Shown here: one piece after another, positions 1 through 8,620 of the stretch
How the letters are laid out: each line of letters begins with the position of its first letter
How positions within the stretch are numbered: position 1 is the stretch's first letter
Virus record (IMG/VR): IMGVR_UViG_3300045988_094645
DNA length: 57,970 nucleotides
Direction: 5' to 3' (one strand)
Origin: a virus
Notes under the pieces: generated by a model
What the model saw: only the letters and a program-made list of their open reading frames with translations
What the model was told of the DNA's origin: nothing
Databases searched by the model: none
Made by a program: the position numbers and the translations under genes

Positions 1-164
1 TATTTATACTAATTCCGAGAACCGGGATAGGACTATAAGTTTCTTGGATAGCAAAGAATTTAGCCCTTTTGAGCTGATCAGTGTCAGAGAAGCCAAGGAA
101 CTCACAAATTTTTACAGTAGAGTTCTTATATCCTTTTGCCTCAACTAGCTTACTAATCTCCATG
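1..164 (-). CDS. partial hypothetical protein (N-terminal ~55 aa; possible HTH-like small regulator); ATG at 164 with AGGAAG RBS
   Basis: rc translation MEISKLVEAKGYKNSTVKICEFLGFSDTDQLKRAKFF... runs to the window edge; SD-like aggaag lies 8 nt upstream. Confidence 0.3.
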
Positions 165-221
165 ATTTTACTTCCTTTCTTACTTTCTATATATATTATA
201 TAATATTTTTATAAAAAAATA

Positions 222-250
222 AAGACTCCCTTAAAAGGGAGTCTTTATTT
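222..250. terminator. bidirectional intrinsic terminator AAAGACTCCC-ttaaaa-GGGAGTCTTT flanked by A/T runs
   Basis: perfect 10-bp stem with T-run after it and A-run before it, between convergent minus genes. Confidence 0.6.
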
Positions 251-767
251 ACTCAAGGCTAATGCCATATCCATCTTGGATAAATGACCCTTCTGGAATA
301 TAGATATTATATTCTGTAGACCAAGAGCCAAACAAAACATTTAGGACGGGATTTTTAAAGCGGACAGTGTTTTCTGTTGCATATGGAGCGTCGGAAGTTT
401 CTTGAATGTAAGTTTTATCTGCTTTAATAGACTTTGAAGTGATGCCTTTATCCGTTTGATATAGGAACGAATAGCAAAGTCCATCTTCTGAACTAAAGTT
501 ATCACTTAGTGCGATAATATCATAGGTTGCGATAGTTTCTGCTGAATAGGTTTCGGGGTTTGCACATTCAATGATGAATACGCATACTACGAGTGATAGA
601 AATGTTAGAAATATAGAGCCAAACATGGAAAAGAGTGAGCATACTATATACTCGATAATGCTGTCACAACCTGCGAGCAAAAAGATGAGCAGCATAATAC
701 AGAAAGCAATAGGTAGAATAATAGGTAGCATTACATTAACCTCCTTTATATATAAATATAATACCAT
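249..767 (-). CDS. putative lipoprotein or membrane protein (signal peptide with lipobox LLAGC, second hydrophobic helix); possible superinfection-exclusion-type moron
   Basis: supplied ORF; N-terminal MLPIILPIAFCIMLLIFLLAGCDS fits a lipoprotein signal peptide. Confidence 0.45.
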   Translation of the reverse strand: MVLYLYIKEVNVMLPIILPIAFCIMLLIFLLAGCDSIIEYIVCSLFSMFGSIFLTFLSLVVCVFIIECANPETYSAETIATYDIIALSDNFSSEDGLCYSFLYQTDKGITSKSIKADKTYIQETSDAPYATENTVRFKNPVLNVLFGSWSTEYNIYIPEGSFIQDGYGISLE

Positions 768-904
768 ATAAAATATACAATTTCAGATGCGGGAGGGCAT
801 ACAACGAATCGTCATAATTTCTCACGGATGCGGGAAAATTTTAGGCAAGAAAATTGCCAGTCCGCAGTTGTTATATTGTTTATTTTTTTAGAAAAAAGTT
901 TAAC

Positions 905-950
905 AAATTTTAGGACAAAGCAGAAAAATTATGGTATAATAAAAGTGAAA
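905..950 (+). promoter_or_regulatory. sigma-70-type promoter with extended -10 (TGgTATAAT) driving the RHH gene; divergent region holds GATGCGGGA direct repeats at 793-801 and 830-838
   Basis: ttatggtataat sits ~25 nt upstream of the ATG at 971. Confidence 0.45.
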
Positions 951-970
951 TATAGTAGAGAGGTGATAAT

Positions 971-1114
971 ATGAATTATTCGACTGTTTCTGTTAGATTA
1001 ACAGAGGAAGAAAAAAAGACTTTAGAAGAGTTTGCGAAGGATAGAGATTTAACTATGTCGCAAGTAATTAGAAAAGCAGTAAAAGAATATATAGAAAACC
1101 ATTCGAACGACTAA
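971..1114 (+). CDS. ribbon-helix-helix (CopG/Arc-like) DNA-binding protein, 47 aa
   Basis: MNYSTVSVRLTEEEKKTLEEFAKDRDLTMSQVIRKAVKEYIENHSND; RHH beta-strand SVRLTEEE followed by two helices; RBS gagaggtga. Confidence 0.5.
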   Translation: MNYSTVSVRLTEEEKKTLEEFAKDRDLTMSQVIRKAVKEYIENHSND

Positions 1115-1130
1115 AGGAGACGAAAACAAA

Positions 1131-1349
1131 ATGACTAATAATTATAAGGTTTTTACTTTGAAGTTAGCTAGAAAGCTATGTGAGTTGGGATTTAAGGTTG
1201 TTGGAACAGCACCAAATGCTTAGAAACCTTGGTTAAATGTTTATCTTTTTGAAGATACTTAGGAATTAAGAGAAGCGATTGAGAAATATAAGGGACAAAG
1301 TTCGCTATTGGAGGATGATTGCCATGGCAGACAAAAGAAGAAGTCCTAA
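1131..1349 (+). CDS. small hypothetical protein (~72 aa) with two in-frame TAG codons read as sense
   Basis: MTNNYKVFTLKLARKLCELGFKVVGTAPNA[TAG]KPWLNVYLFEDT[TAG]ELREAIEKYKGQ... continues to TAA; RBS AAGGAGA. Confidence 0.4.
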
Positions 1350-1713
1350 TTAGCGAACAGTAAGTCATATTCATAAAGAGCCTTGTAATACTAATAATAT
1401 ATATGCTAGAATTAATAAGGATGCTTTATTTGCGGCGAGAAGAGAACTTAGTGATGGTGAGTTTTCTTTATGGATATTTTTTGCTAGTTAGTCAGAGAAG
1501 TTGACAGATTATGATTTTGGCCCTACTATTATTGAGAGGGAGTTGGGTATAAAGAAAGCTAAATATACAAATGCAATAGAAGGATTGGTAGAAAAAGGGT
1601 ATTTGATTCCTCTTGAGAAGAAGGGGTATTACGATTTTTACGAAGTTCCTAAAATTATTGACGAGGATAAATATAATTATGTCGCTCCCAACGGAGAAAA
1701 ATTTTCGTTTTAA
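1324..1713 (+). CDS. replication initiator-like / winged-helix DNA-binding protein (~129 aa) with two in-frame TAGs; sits next to the iteron array
   Basis: MADKRRSPN[TAG]RTVSHIHKEPCNTNNIYARINKDALFAARRELSDGEFSLWIFFAS[TAG]SEKLTDYDFGPTIIERELGIKKAKYTNAIEGLVEKGYLIPLEKKGYYDFYEVP... resembles plasmid/phage Rep N-terminal wHTH; the 3' part is the supplied ORF 1501-1713. Confidence 0.45.
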
Positions 1714-1715
1714 TT

Positions 1716-2012
1716 TTCATGTATTTCTGAGAATACCATGAAAATTTCATAGTATTGTGAGAAACCTATGAAATCATGTATTTGTTGGAAAGTTATGAAA
1801 ATTTCATAGTATTCTGACAAATACATGATTTTAATTGAAAGATTTATTTCATGGTATTCCAACAATACTATGACATGGTATTCTGACAATACCATGAAAG
1901 TAAATAAAAATCCATTTCATGGTATTCTGACAATACCATAAATATAACATATATAAGATAACAAAGAAAAGACAACGGCGACTTTTTCATGTATTTGTGA
2001 GAAAGCGATGGA
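1716..2012. repeat. iteron/operator array: ~8 copies of a 25-29 bp imperfect palindrome, consensus TCATGGTATT-CTGAC-AATACCATGA
   Basis: copies at 1716-1742, 1745-1773, 1775-1802, 1802-1828, 1848-1874, 1874-1899 (perfect 10-bp arms), 1915-1942 and 1984-2012. Confidence 0.7.
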
Positions 2013-2026
2013 TAGGGAGGATAACC

Positions 2027-2176
2027 ATGGAAGATTTTCAGAGGTGGGAGGATATTCAAGGAAGTATAGATGGGACGATGGGAGCAAATGATTTAGAAAA
2101 TCGAATTGAAAAGCTGGAAGAAGGTTTTAGAAAAATCGAATCAAAAATTAAAGGGAAAAGTCAAGAAGAAGAGTAA
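2027..2176 (+). CDS. small coiled-coil protein, 49 aa
   Basis: GGGAGG RBS then ATG; MEDFQRWEDIQGSIDGTMGANDLENRIEKLEEGFRKIESKIKGKSQEEE; ends TAA. Confidence 0.35.
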   Translation: MEDFQRWEDIQGSIDGTMGANDLENRIEKLEEGFRKIESKIKGKSQEEE

Positions 2177-2458
2177 TGGGTAGGGTAAGAGAGATTAATA
2201 GAGGTAGAGGAAAAGGGATTATTGAATCTATATGAGGATTCGAGTTAGATTACAAGCGAAGCCATAAGAAAGTGGATAGACTATAGGGAGAATATAAGTG
2301 AAATTGGAGAAAATTAGAAGAATAGTAGAGAAAATTGGAGAAATAGTAGAGTTGGGTGCCGATCGGGTCTAGGTACAACCATCACAACACTCGTCAAAAC
2401 GATCGTAAACCTAGGCTTCCGCGATTCTTCTACTTCTTTCCTCTTGTTTAATAGCAAT

Positions 2459-2492
2459 AAAAAAAGAGAGGTATCTCTACCTCTCTTTTATC
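2459..2492. terminator. intrinsic terminator AGAGAGGTA-tctc-TACCTCTCT with A-run before and T-run after
   Basis: hairpin lies directly 3' of minus gene 2488-2961. Confidence 0.55.
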
Positions 2493-2961
2493 TAAGCCCT
2501 CTCAAGAACTTAGCTACCACATCTTCATCATTGTTGCTCTTGATGGAAACGGAGACCGATTCATTTCGCATCTCCTGAATCGCCTTCTCAATTATCTTAT
2601 CAAGCTCTTCCTCTGTCGCTGCAAGTGCATCATTGATATTATTCATCCCGACAATTCGGGCAGAAATACGAGCAGTCTCAGTGATAGCCTCTGCATATTT
2701 ATTGATAGTATCAGCATCCCACTCAGGGTGAGAAGGAGCATAAATAAGAACTGCAAGCTGTCCGATATGCTCTGCATCAAGATGCTCATCATCAACAGCA
2801 TTTAGAAAGTCGCACTCAATTTCATCCAAAGCTTGCTGACGAGCCTTCCGAACCTGATTCTGCTTATTAAAGACATTTAGAGCATCAGTAAACTCCTTAG
2901 CAATATCGTCGAGAGACGCACCGCCATCAAGAGCACATTTAATCATATTAGTATAATCCAT
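2488..2961 (-). CDS. hypothetical acidic protein (157 aa)
   Basis: supplied ORF; upstream minus promoter TTGCAA-17-TATAAT at ~2975-3003 and RBS AGAGGA. Confidence 0.45.
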   Translation of the reverse strand: MDYTNMIKCALDGGASLDDIAKEFTDALNVFNKQNQVRKARQQALDEIECDFLNAVDDEHLDAEHIGQLAVLIYAPSHPEWDADTINKYAEAITETARISARIVGMNNINDALAATEEELDKIIEKAIQEMRNESVSVSIKSNNDEDVVAKFLRGLR

Positions 2962-3455
2962 GGAATATATTCCTCTTTTCTTTCCTTTTATATTTATATT
3001 ATATAATATTATTTTATAAATTGCAACCGATCGGCCCTAGCTTAAAGATCTTTTATTCTAAAATAACTTCTCTGATTGAGGCATCGACTAGAAAATTCTT
3101 AGCTAGAGAATAAGTCTTTTTAATTGTATCTATAAAAGTATAGAACAGGTGAACATCAAGAAGATTTGCTGAAAATGAGGCAAATTTTGCTAATTTTTAA
3201 GTAATTTTATTAGAAAAATGTGCGTTTTTGCTAGATTTTTAGAGAATTTTCGCTATATTAAGAGAAAAACAAGAGGAAAAACCTGCGGACCGATCGGTTT
3301 ACCTAGCTAAAAGTAGAATTTTCTAGCTATTTTTATTATAAAATCTCGTTATTCCGATCGGCGCCGCAGAAAAATCTCTCGCTGGTATTTGTTTTTCATA
3401 GCAACATCTTTGCTATTGTTAGCTGTATAGGGGATAATGTTAGTCTTATGAACAC

Positions 3456-3490
3456 TTGACAATTTTAAATTTTTTTATTATAAAAAATGG
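3456..3490 (+). promoter_or_regulatory. plus-strand sigma-70-like promoter TTGACA-17-TATAAA in the non-coding region; only a tiny ORF lies downstream, so it may drive an ncRNA
   Basis: cttgacaattttaaatttttttattataaaaaatgg. Confidence 0.3.
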
Positions 3491-3668
3491 ACGAGAAAGC
3501 CGCTATTGCTGGACCGATCGGGATAAGATAGAAAACCGATCGGGTTATAATATAATTTTGGGAGATTCTAGACTAAGTTGCGTTATGGCCAACTTGCTAT
3601 GAAAATTTTGCGCTATGGTCCGATCGGGGAAACTCGGGCCGACACATCCCTGCGCGGCCCGGCGAAGT

Positions 3669-4283
3669 TCAAGGTATTGCTCGTATTAATTCTAAAGTTT
3701 TTTCATACCCATATTTAGAAATTAATCGAGTAGTTTCTCGAGTAATTTCTTCTCGATTCTTTAGCATTAAAAGGGTATTTTGTTCTTCTGTCGCCCATCT
3801 TAGATTCTCTAATCTATTATCTGTTCTGATTCCATTAATATGGTCAACTACCTTAGTTTCAAAATCCTCAATAGGGTTAAAAGTTTGCATAACAAGACGA
3901 TGAATTCTAACTGATTCACCACCGATTAATTCAGTTTTTAAATATCCATCCGAAGTCATAGAACCTTTAACTAGAGTTTTAGAATCCTTTTTTCTTACTC
4001 TTCCAAGATTAGAAACTTCGTGCTTGTTGGAACAGTAAGCGGTTTTCCAAATTTCTCCGGGGAGGGATTCCGCAATTTCAGATTTTCGAGTAGAAAAAGT
4101 AGAAGAATCAATAATCTAAGGAGAAATTTCTTTTACTTCATATATAGCTTTTGCTCCTACTCCTTGTTTTGAAATAAGATAGCCTTTTTTTGCTTGATTT
4201 GATGCAAATTTAGGAAAGTTAGTTGTAACGGTAGATTTAGAAGCATGGAAAAATTCAAGTAGTTCGTCAAGATTAAAAGTCAT
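3669..4283 (-). CDS. HNH homing endonuclease (NUMOD4-like N-terminus plus HNH/AP2-type core), ~204 aa; needs read-through of one in-frame TAG
   Basis: rc translation from ATG at 4283 (RBS GGAGG): ...KEISP[TAG]IIDSSTFSTRKSEIAESLPGEIWKTAYCSNKHEVSNLGRVRKKDSKTLVKGSMTSDGYLKT...HRLV...VDHINGIRTDNRLENLRWATEEQN. The NUMOD4 motif EIWK...VSNLGRVR lies between the TAG and the supplied ORF start with no alternative ATG. Confidence 0.6.
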
Positions 4284-4371
4284 TTTAAATACCTCCTTTG
4301 TTTCTATTATATATTAAAAATTCGGAAATGTCAATTAACCGTTTTAGTCCGAATTTTTCCGATTGAATTAT

Positions 4372-4394
4372 AAAGAGGGCCGAAGCCCTCTTTA
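4372..4394. terminator. bidirectional terminator AAAGAGGGC-cgaa-GCCCTCTTT; a near-identical copy lies at 7066-7092
   Basis: perfect stem flanked by A/T tracts. Confidence 0.55.
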
Positions 4395-4395
4395 A

Positions 4396-4647
4396 TCAAG
4401 TCTTTTCGATAAATCCAATGGTGCTAAAGTTTATATTATTGTAGCCAATGGAGAATTCGTTCTCAGAATTATAAAATGTAATAGCGCCGTATTCTTTCGT
4501 ATAATCGCAAATTGCGTTTACAACAGCATCCCATTTTCGTTTTCTATCTATTTGTTTTCTTGCTTGCATTTCTTTTTCACAAGCGGAAAGAAGATATTGC
4601 AAAGTTTCATCATTCATTTCCGCAATATTAAATCCAGAATTATCCAT
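4396..4647 (-). CDS. hypothetical protein (83 aa)
   Basis: supplied ORF; TGA stop; terminator downstream. Confidence 0.4.
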   Translation of the reverse strand: MDNSGFNIAEMNDETLQYLLSACEKEMQARKQIDRKRKWDAVVNAICDYTKEYGAITFYNSENEFSIGYNNINFSTIGFIEKT

Positions 4648-4664
4648 CTTAAAATCTCCCTTCT

Positions 4665-5113
4665 TTATTTGAAAATCTCGGTTGGAATTTCATTGAAAAC
4701 TTGCTTGAATTGTTCCATAGTAAGCTCTTTTGCCGCTCTCTCAACCCTTTCTTTTGACCAGTCGCAGACCATTTCACAGGAGATAAACTTGATTCTATAT
4801 CCGATAACTCTATAAATTTTAGGCGACCATCTAAATTTCCCGTCCGCCATATTTCCAGTGAAAATTATAAAATCGCCCGTGGCTCGTCTTTCTTCTGATT
4901 GTTTAAGCTGATCTTCTGCTATCTCTAAGGCATATTTTTCTCCGGTTTTAATGGCATCTTCTTCTGTTCTAGTATTGATAAAGAAGGTAGAACGCATAAA
5001 ATCATCTTGAAACGATACTGTAAACCAATAGGGCCTCTTGAAGAAAATTCCTTTTCGCCCCTCACAGTCAAAGGTAATCCGAAAATCAACTCGAAACTTC
5101 TTCAAACTCTCCA
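4665..5113 (-). CDS. hypothetical protein (~149 aa; likely start MESLKKF at 5113 with GGGAGG RBS; the longer supplied ORF runs into the promoter)
   Basis: supplied ORF 4665-5183; minus promoter TTGACA-17-TGgTATTAT at ~5130-5165. Confidence 0.4.
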
Positions 5114-5304
5114 TTTTCTTTACCTCCCTTGTTGAGATAATAATACCATATTTTCGGGAGAATGTCAAGCAGTCATTTTGCACAAAAAATCGAGTGAAAA
5201 TTATCTAAAATGCAAATAGAAGAAAAACTCGGTCCGCGGCGCACGCAAGCGGACCGCCCGCATATTGAGATAAAAAAACCACCCCATTTCTGGGGTGGTT
5301 CTTG

Positions 5305-5675
5305 TTAGCTTAGAATAACCGGGTATGCCTTGCGGATAATGACTGTTACCATGCGCGGGGGCGTGTCACAGAGAAAGCGGTCGTTTCTGATAAAATGTCC
5401 AATTCCCATATTTTGCCATAAAGTCCGGTTCAAGTCCTCATATCGAAGGGTATTATACTTAGATAACCGGATATACCAATCATAGGAAAAAGCACTATCC
5501 ACAGGCATGGTATAGTCTTTTGCCCGTTTATAATTCCTTGTATGCTCGGCGGCCCGTCTTTCGAGGTCGTTTGTTGTGCCAATCTTGAGAATATAGCGTC
5601 CCTTTACGTCTACATAATGCCCGACGTATAGAAACTCCTTTTCCCGTGTCTGTGTGCTAACTATGGAATACCTCT
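5305..5675 (-). CDS. GIY-YIG domain nuclease (putative homing endonuclease); N-terminal boundary uncertain
   Basis: same frame as supplied ORF 5305-5508 reads ...KEFLYVGHYVDVKGRYILKIGTTNDLERRAAEHTRNYKRAKDYTMPVDSAF..., matching the GIY...YIG...R...E motif spacing; no canonical start found upstream. Confidence 0.45.
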
Positions 5676-5680
5676 TTTCT

Positions 5681-5709
5681 GGTAGGGCTGGGGTAGGCCA
5701 GCCCTACCC
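5681..5709 (+). terminator. intrinsic terminator GGTAGGGCTGG-ggtaggc-CCAGCCCTACC followed by a T-run
   Basis: perfect 11-bp stem; ttatttttt follows. Confidence 0.5.
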
Positions 5710-5711
5710 CG

Positions 5712-6029
5712 TTATTTTTTCGGTTTACGCTTTTGTACAAGCGTTAACTCGAAACTATCCCCGCCGATAAAAAACGCAATTTGGCGTTCCTTGTTTGTTA
5801 TGGCAAGGTCAACAATCGAGAATTGACTATTTTTTTCCAAAAAGTCCGCCAGCTCTGCGATTATGCCGCCTTTAGTTGCGTTTGGCTTGCGTTGCCGTGG
5901 TGTAAATTTGTAGGCGGTAGGGGTTTTTCTTGTGCCAGCATGGGCGAATTTCTGCGCGATTTTCGCTTTATCGGGCGATAAATCGTATTGAGTTTTTTCA
6001 CCAGCTTCCACCGCCTTGTCATAGGCCAA
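5712..6029 (-). CDS. hypothetical protein (105 aa), GC-rich
   Basis: supplied ORF. Confidence 0.4.
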   Translation of the reverse strand: MAYDKAVEAGEKTQYDLSPDKAKIAQKFAHAGTRKTPTAYKFTPRQRKPNATKGGIIAELADFLEKNSQFSIVDLAITNKERQIAFFIGGDSFELTLVQKRKPKK

Positions 6030-6166
6030 TAGCTCCGCCTCCTCCTCTGGTGTCAGTTGGAGAGGCTTATATCTCGATAACCTCTCGGCGTCAGTGATAC
6101 GGCTCGATATAGTCTCACCCCCTAAGATAGAGTAGGGCGGGGATTTTCGCCCCGCCCTATACGGGG

Positions 6167-6568
6167 TTACGCCATCTTAAAGAGAGACTTGCCCTTCTTC
6201 TCCTGACAGGTCACACGGCCGTCCAGCTTGAGCATCCGCACAAGGGCGGCGGCCTTCTGAGTGGAGAAAGCGGCCAGAGAGGGCACAGACTTGAAAATGT
6301 CGGTACAGGTCACGCCGTCGGTGTCATCGGGCAGGCCGGCCAGATACTCCATAATCTGCTCCTTCAGGCTCTCGTTCTCCTGCTGGGTCGGGGTCAGCTT
6401 CTTGTCACCGCCGGAGCTATTCTTCTTCCGCAACAGCTCCAGCTCATGGTCAATGACGGTCATGGCAATCTCCATGGTTGTGCCATGCTTCACCTCCTCA
6501 CCAGCCAAGAGGGCCTTAATGTCCTCGAAACGCTGGGCCTTAGTGATACGGATTTTCTTCTCGCTCAT
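6167..6568 (-). CDS. hypothetical protein (133 aa), markedly GC-rich (~58%) compared with its surroundings
   Basis: supplied ORF; RBS AAAGGATG; terminator GGGCGGGGattttcgCCCCGCCC at 6135-6160. Confidence 0.45.
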   Translation of the reverse strand: MSEKKIRITKAQRFEDIKALLAGEEVKHGTTMEIAMTVIDHELELLRKKNSSGGDKKLTPTQQENESLKEQIMEYLAGLPDDTDGVTCTDIFKSVPSLAAFSTQKAAALVRMLKLDGRVTCQEKKGKSLFKMA

Positions 6569-6617
6569 GGTAATACATCCTTTCTGGTTTTTAGGACTGT
6601 CCTTGTCCTTTGATTAT

Positions 6618-6950
6618 ATTGTACCACACTATCGGGAGTTTGTCAAGAGGTTTTTCAAACTTTTTTCAAGAGCTTTTGCCCTTTACTTGTTTGCCCTCTC
6701 TCGTTCCCCTTATAGTGTAACACACTTTGGAGAGTTTGTCAAGCCCTTTTTTATTCACTTTTCAAGGTTCCTTGCCTTGTTTTCTGTACTTATTATAGCA
6801 CACTCACAAGGGCTTGTCAAGAGGTTTTTTGAAAGATTTTTGAAAGTTCGCTGTCGCTGTCTGCCGTTCGTCTCTCTCACTTTCTGTACTTATTGTACCA
6901 CACCACAAAGCGGATTTCAATTGTGAGATCCTCCAAAAGAACGTGATTTT
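6618..6950 (-). promoter_or_regulatory. tandem array of four near-consensus sigma-70 promoters, all facing gene 6167-6568
   Basis: rc modules: TTGACA-17-TACAAT (~6620-6650), TTGACA-17-TACACT (~6715-6745), TTGACA-17-TATAAT (~6795-6830), TTGAAA-17-TACAAT (~6880-6915); the modules share a GTGTGGTACAAT-like -10 context. Confidence 0.5.
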
Positions 6951-7091
6951 GGGATAGGGTTTTTGTGCAAAATGTTGCACAAAACGGAATCAAATTTTTT
7001 GTGCAACATTTACAAGGAAAAAATCGGGTCGCGCCGCCCATGCGCGACCCGCCAAAATATAAAACAAAAAAAGAAGGCCGAAGCCCTCTTT

Positions 7092-7274
7092 TTATCCGAA
7101 AAGGCAGTTATCTAAAAAGTCGAACAGGTGTTCATCCTCGGCGGGGATGGATACCAGTATATCCCCGTTTTCATCGGGTTCATCATGGCTCCATCCCATA
7201 CGCTTGATGATTTCAAGCGCCGTGAAAACGGCATCGGGACAAAGGGAAGAAGTATATACAATTCTTGTTTGCAT
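7092..7274 (-). CDS. small hypothetical protein (~60 aa)
   Basis: MQTRIVYTSSLCPDAVFTALEIIKRMGWSHDEPDENGDILVSIPAEDEHLFDFLDNCLFG; a second ~49-aa ORF (MFQGLKNKAIRF...) lies at ~7278-7427. Confidence 0.3.
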   Translation of the reverse strand: MQTRIVYTSSLCPDAVFTALEIIKRMGWSHDEPDENGDILVSIPAEDEHLFDFLDNCLFG

Positions 7275-7456
7275 ATTTAACCCTCTTTCTTTGAGTAGAA
7301 CTGGTCGGCATAAAACTGCATTTCTTTCTGCGTTACCTTGGAAAGCATGGCCTTGATGGTAAATACATCTGGGCACGTCCGCTCAAGTAGGAAGCGAATA
7401 GCCTTATTCTTTAATCCCTGAAACATTTCTTATTTCTCCTTCTACCGGGCGGGGCA

Positions 7457-8281
7457 TTAAGCCCCGACCCGGATTGTCGGAATCTGCCGCAAACTTGCGG
7501 AAAGCTGACGCTGAAAATCTGTCATGGGCGGAAACTCCCGCTTGTTCTCATACAGGGCCTTTCTCATGGGCTTATGCTGGCGCATACAGTACCACATGAT
7601 TTCCGCCTCAATCAGAACATCTTCCAGTCCCGTGTGGCTTTCCTCAAAATCAGTGTTGCCGGAGATAAACCGCCACACGATTTCCGCAGTCTTGCGGGGA
7701 ACGTCATTAGCCTGCACATACCCGTGTTCCTCACAGAATTTCTTATAGGTGGGCATCTGGCAAATGACATCTTGCGTCATTTTCATAATGTCCCAAATTT
7801 CCACGCTGTCAAATGGGAACCAATACCGGAATTTGGAACAAGTGACCCAACGCTGAGTGACCCGAAGGGCGTTATCATCGAAGCGGGCATTATATGCGGC
7901 GACCTCCTTAATGCCGTACCGCTCGATAGTGTCCAGCATGGCCTGACGGATTTCATAGGTAGTAGCCATCTTGCGACTGCCAGCCCGCAATTCCTCTACA
8001 TACCGGGGGATTTTCCAGTTATAATAGGCCGTCCGCATTAAATCCCGCTCGTCATTGAAAATATCCCGATTTACAAAACTTGCGGTTTCGTAAATATTGC
8101 CTTTGGTGTCTACGACCGCCCAGCCGCAGTCATATACCAAAACATTTGACATATCCATACGGACGCGCTCTGGAGTAATAATTTCCCCATCTTCCCCAAT
8201 TTCAGCGGGGACAGTCTCGGTTAATGTGTTGGCGGTTTCTGTATCAACCACCAGCACATAATGTCGGCGTTTATCAATCAT
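7457..8281 (-). CDS. DnaQ-like DEDDh 3'-5' exonuclease (274 aa)
   Basis: Exo I motif VLVVDTETAN near the N-terminus and H-x4-D (HTGLEDV) near the C-terminus; perfect TTGACA-17-TATAAT promoter at ~8310-8345; TAA stop inside a terminator hairpin. Confidence 0.55.
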   Translation of the reverse strand: MIDKRRHYVLVVDTETANTLTETVPAEIGEDGEIITPERVRMDMSNVLVYDCGWAVVDTKGNIYETASFVNRDIFNDERDLMRTAYYNWKIPRYVEELRAGSRKMATTYEIRQAMLDTIERYGIKEVAAYNARFDDNALRVTQRWVTCSKFRYWFPFDSVEIWDIMKMTQDVICQMPTYKKFCEEHGYVQANDVPRKTAEIVWRFISGNTDFEESHTGLEDVLIEAEIMWYCMRQHKPMRKALYENKREFPPMTDFQRQLSASLRQIPTIRVGA

Positions 8282-8454
8282 AATCTATCAAGTCCTTTCT
8301 TCTCTTGGTGGTATCATTATAGCACATTTAAGGCTTGGTGTCAAGAGGGATTTTATATTTTTTTTCTCCGTTGAAAAAGGCGTCGCGATAACCTCTCTCA
8401 CAAAAGGGACTCTTTACCCTACTCTGGAGAACTTTTTCCTTTCCTCCTGACATG

Positions 8455-8580
8455 ATAATAATACCATAGTTTCAGGATAATTGCAAGATGGCATTTTGCA
8501 CAAGATTTCTGCTTGAAAATTGTGCAACATTACAACAGAAAAAAATTCGGCCCGCGGCGCTCAAGCGCGGGCCGCTGATT
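8455..8580. repeat. ~125-bp intergenic module (GC hairpin terminator, TTGCACAA/TTGTGCAA inverted motif, TTGCAA-17-TGgTATTAT promoter), ~90% identical to 9905-10030
   Basis: direct comparison of the two segments; related partial copies at 5135-5265, 6955-7060, 11455-11585 and 13036-13070. Confidence 0.6.
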
Positions 8581-8620
8581 TTCTTTATATAAAAAATTCT
8601 CCCATTTAGGGAGGATTTTT

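Larger units (their letters stand above)
2340..3640. repeat. seven dispersed copies of the 8-bp GC palindrome CCGATCGG (plus one CGATCG) in an AT-rich, largely non-coding region
   Basis: copies at ~2357, 3027, 3287, 3355, 3509, 3538 and 3621; candidate ori, centromere or protein-binding sites. Confidence 0.5.

Noticed and set aside
5415-5435. tRNA-like T-loop sequence GGTTCAAGTCC (and GTTCGAATC at ~46712)
   Set aside because: The flanks do not form a T-stem or acceptor stem, and both lie inside coding sequence (GIY-YIG gene; 925-aa structural gene). No suppressor tRNA is visible in this window, so it is presumably encoded elsewhere.
6261-6926. 221-aa plus-strand ORF spanning the tandem-promoter region
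   Set aside because: It lies antisense to gene 6167-6568 and runs through four promoter modules. Its low-complexity translation and lack of RBS point to an artefact of GC-rich antisense sequence.
7574-8041. 155-aa plus-strand ORF, plus 7524-7748, 9231-9476, 9382-9732, 11114-11521, 11413-11781 and 11685-12053
   Set aside because: All are antisense to well-supported minus-strand genes (exonuclease, HAD nucleotidase and others) that have promoters, RBSs and terminators. They show no RBS and their composition is odd.
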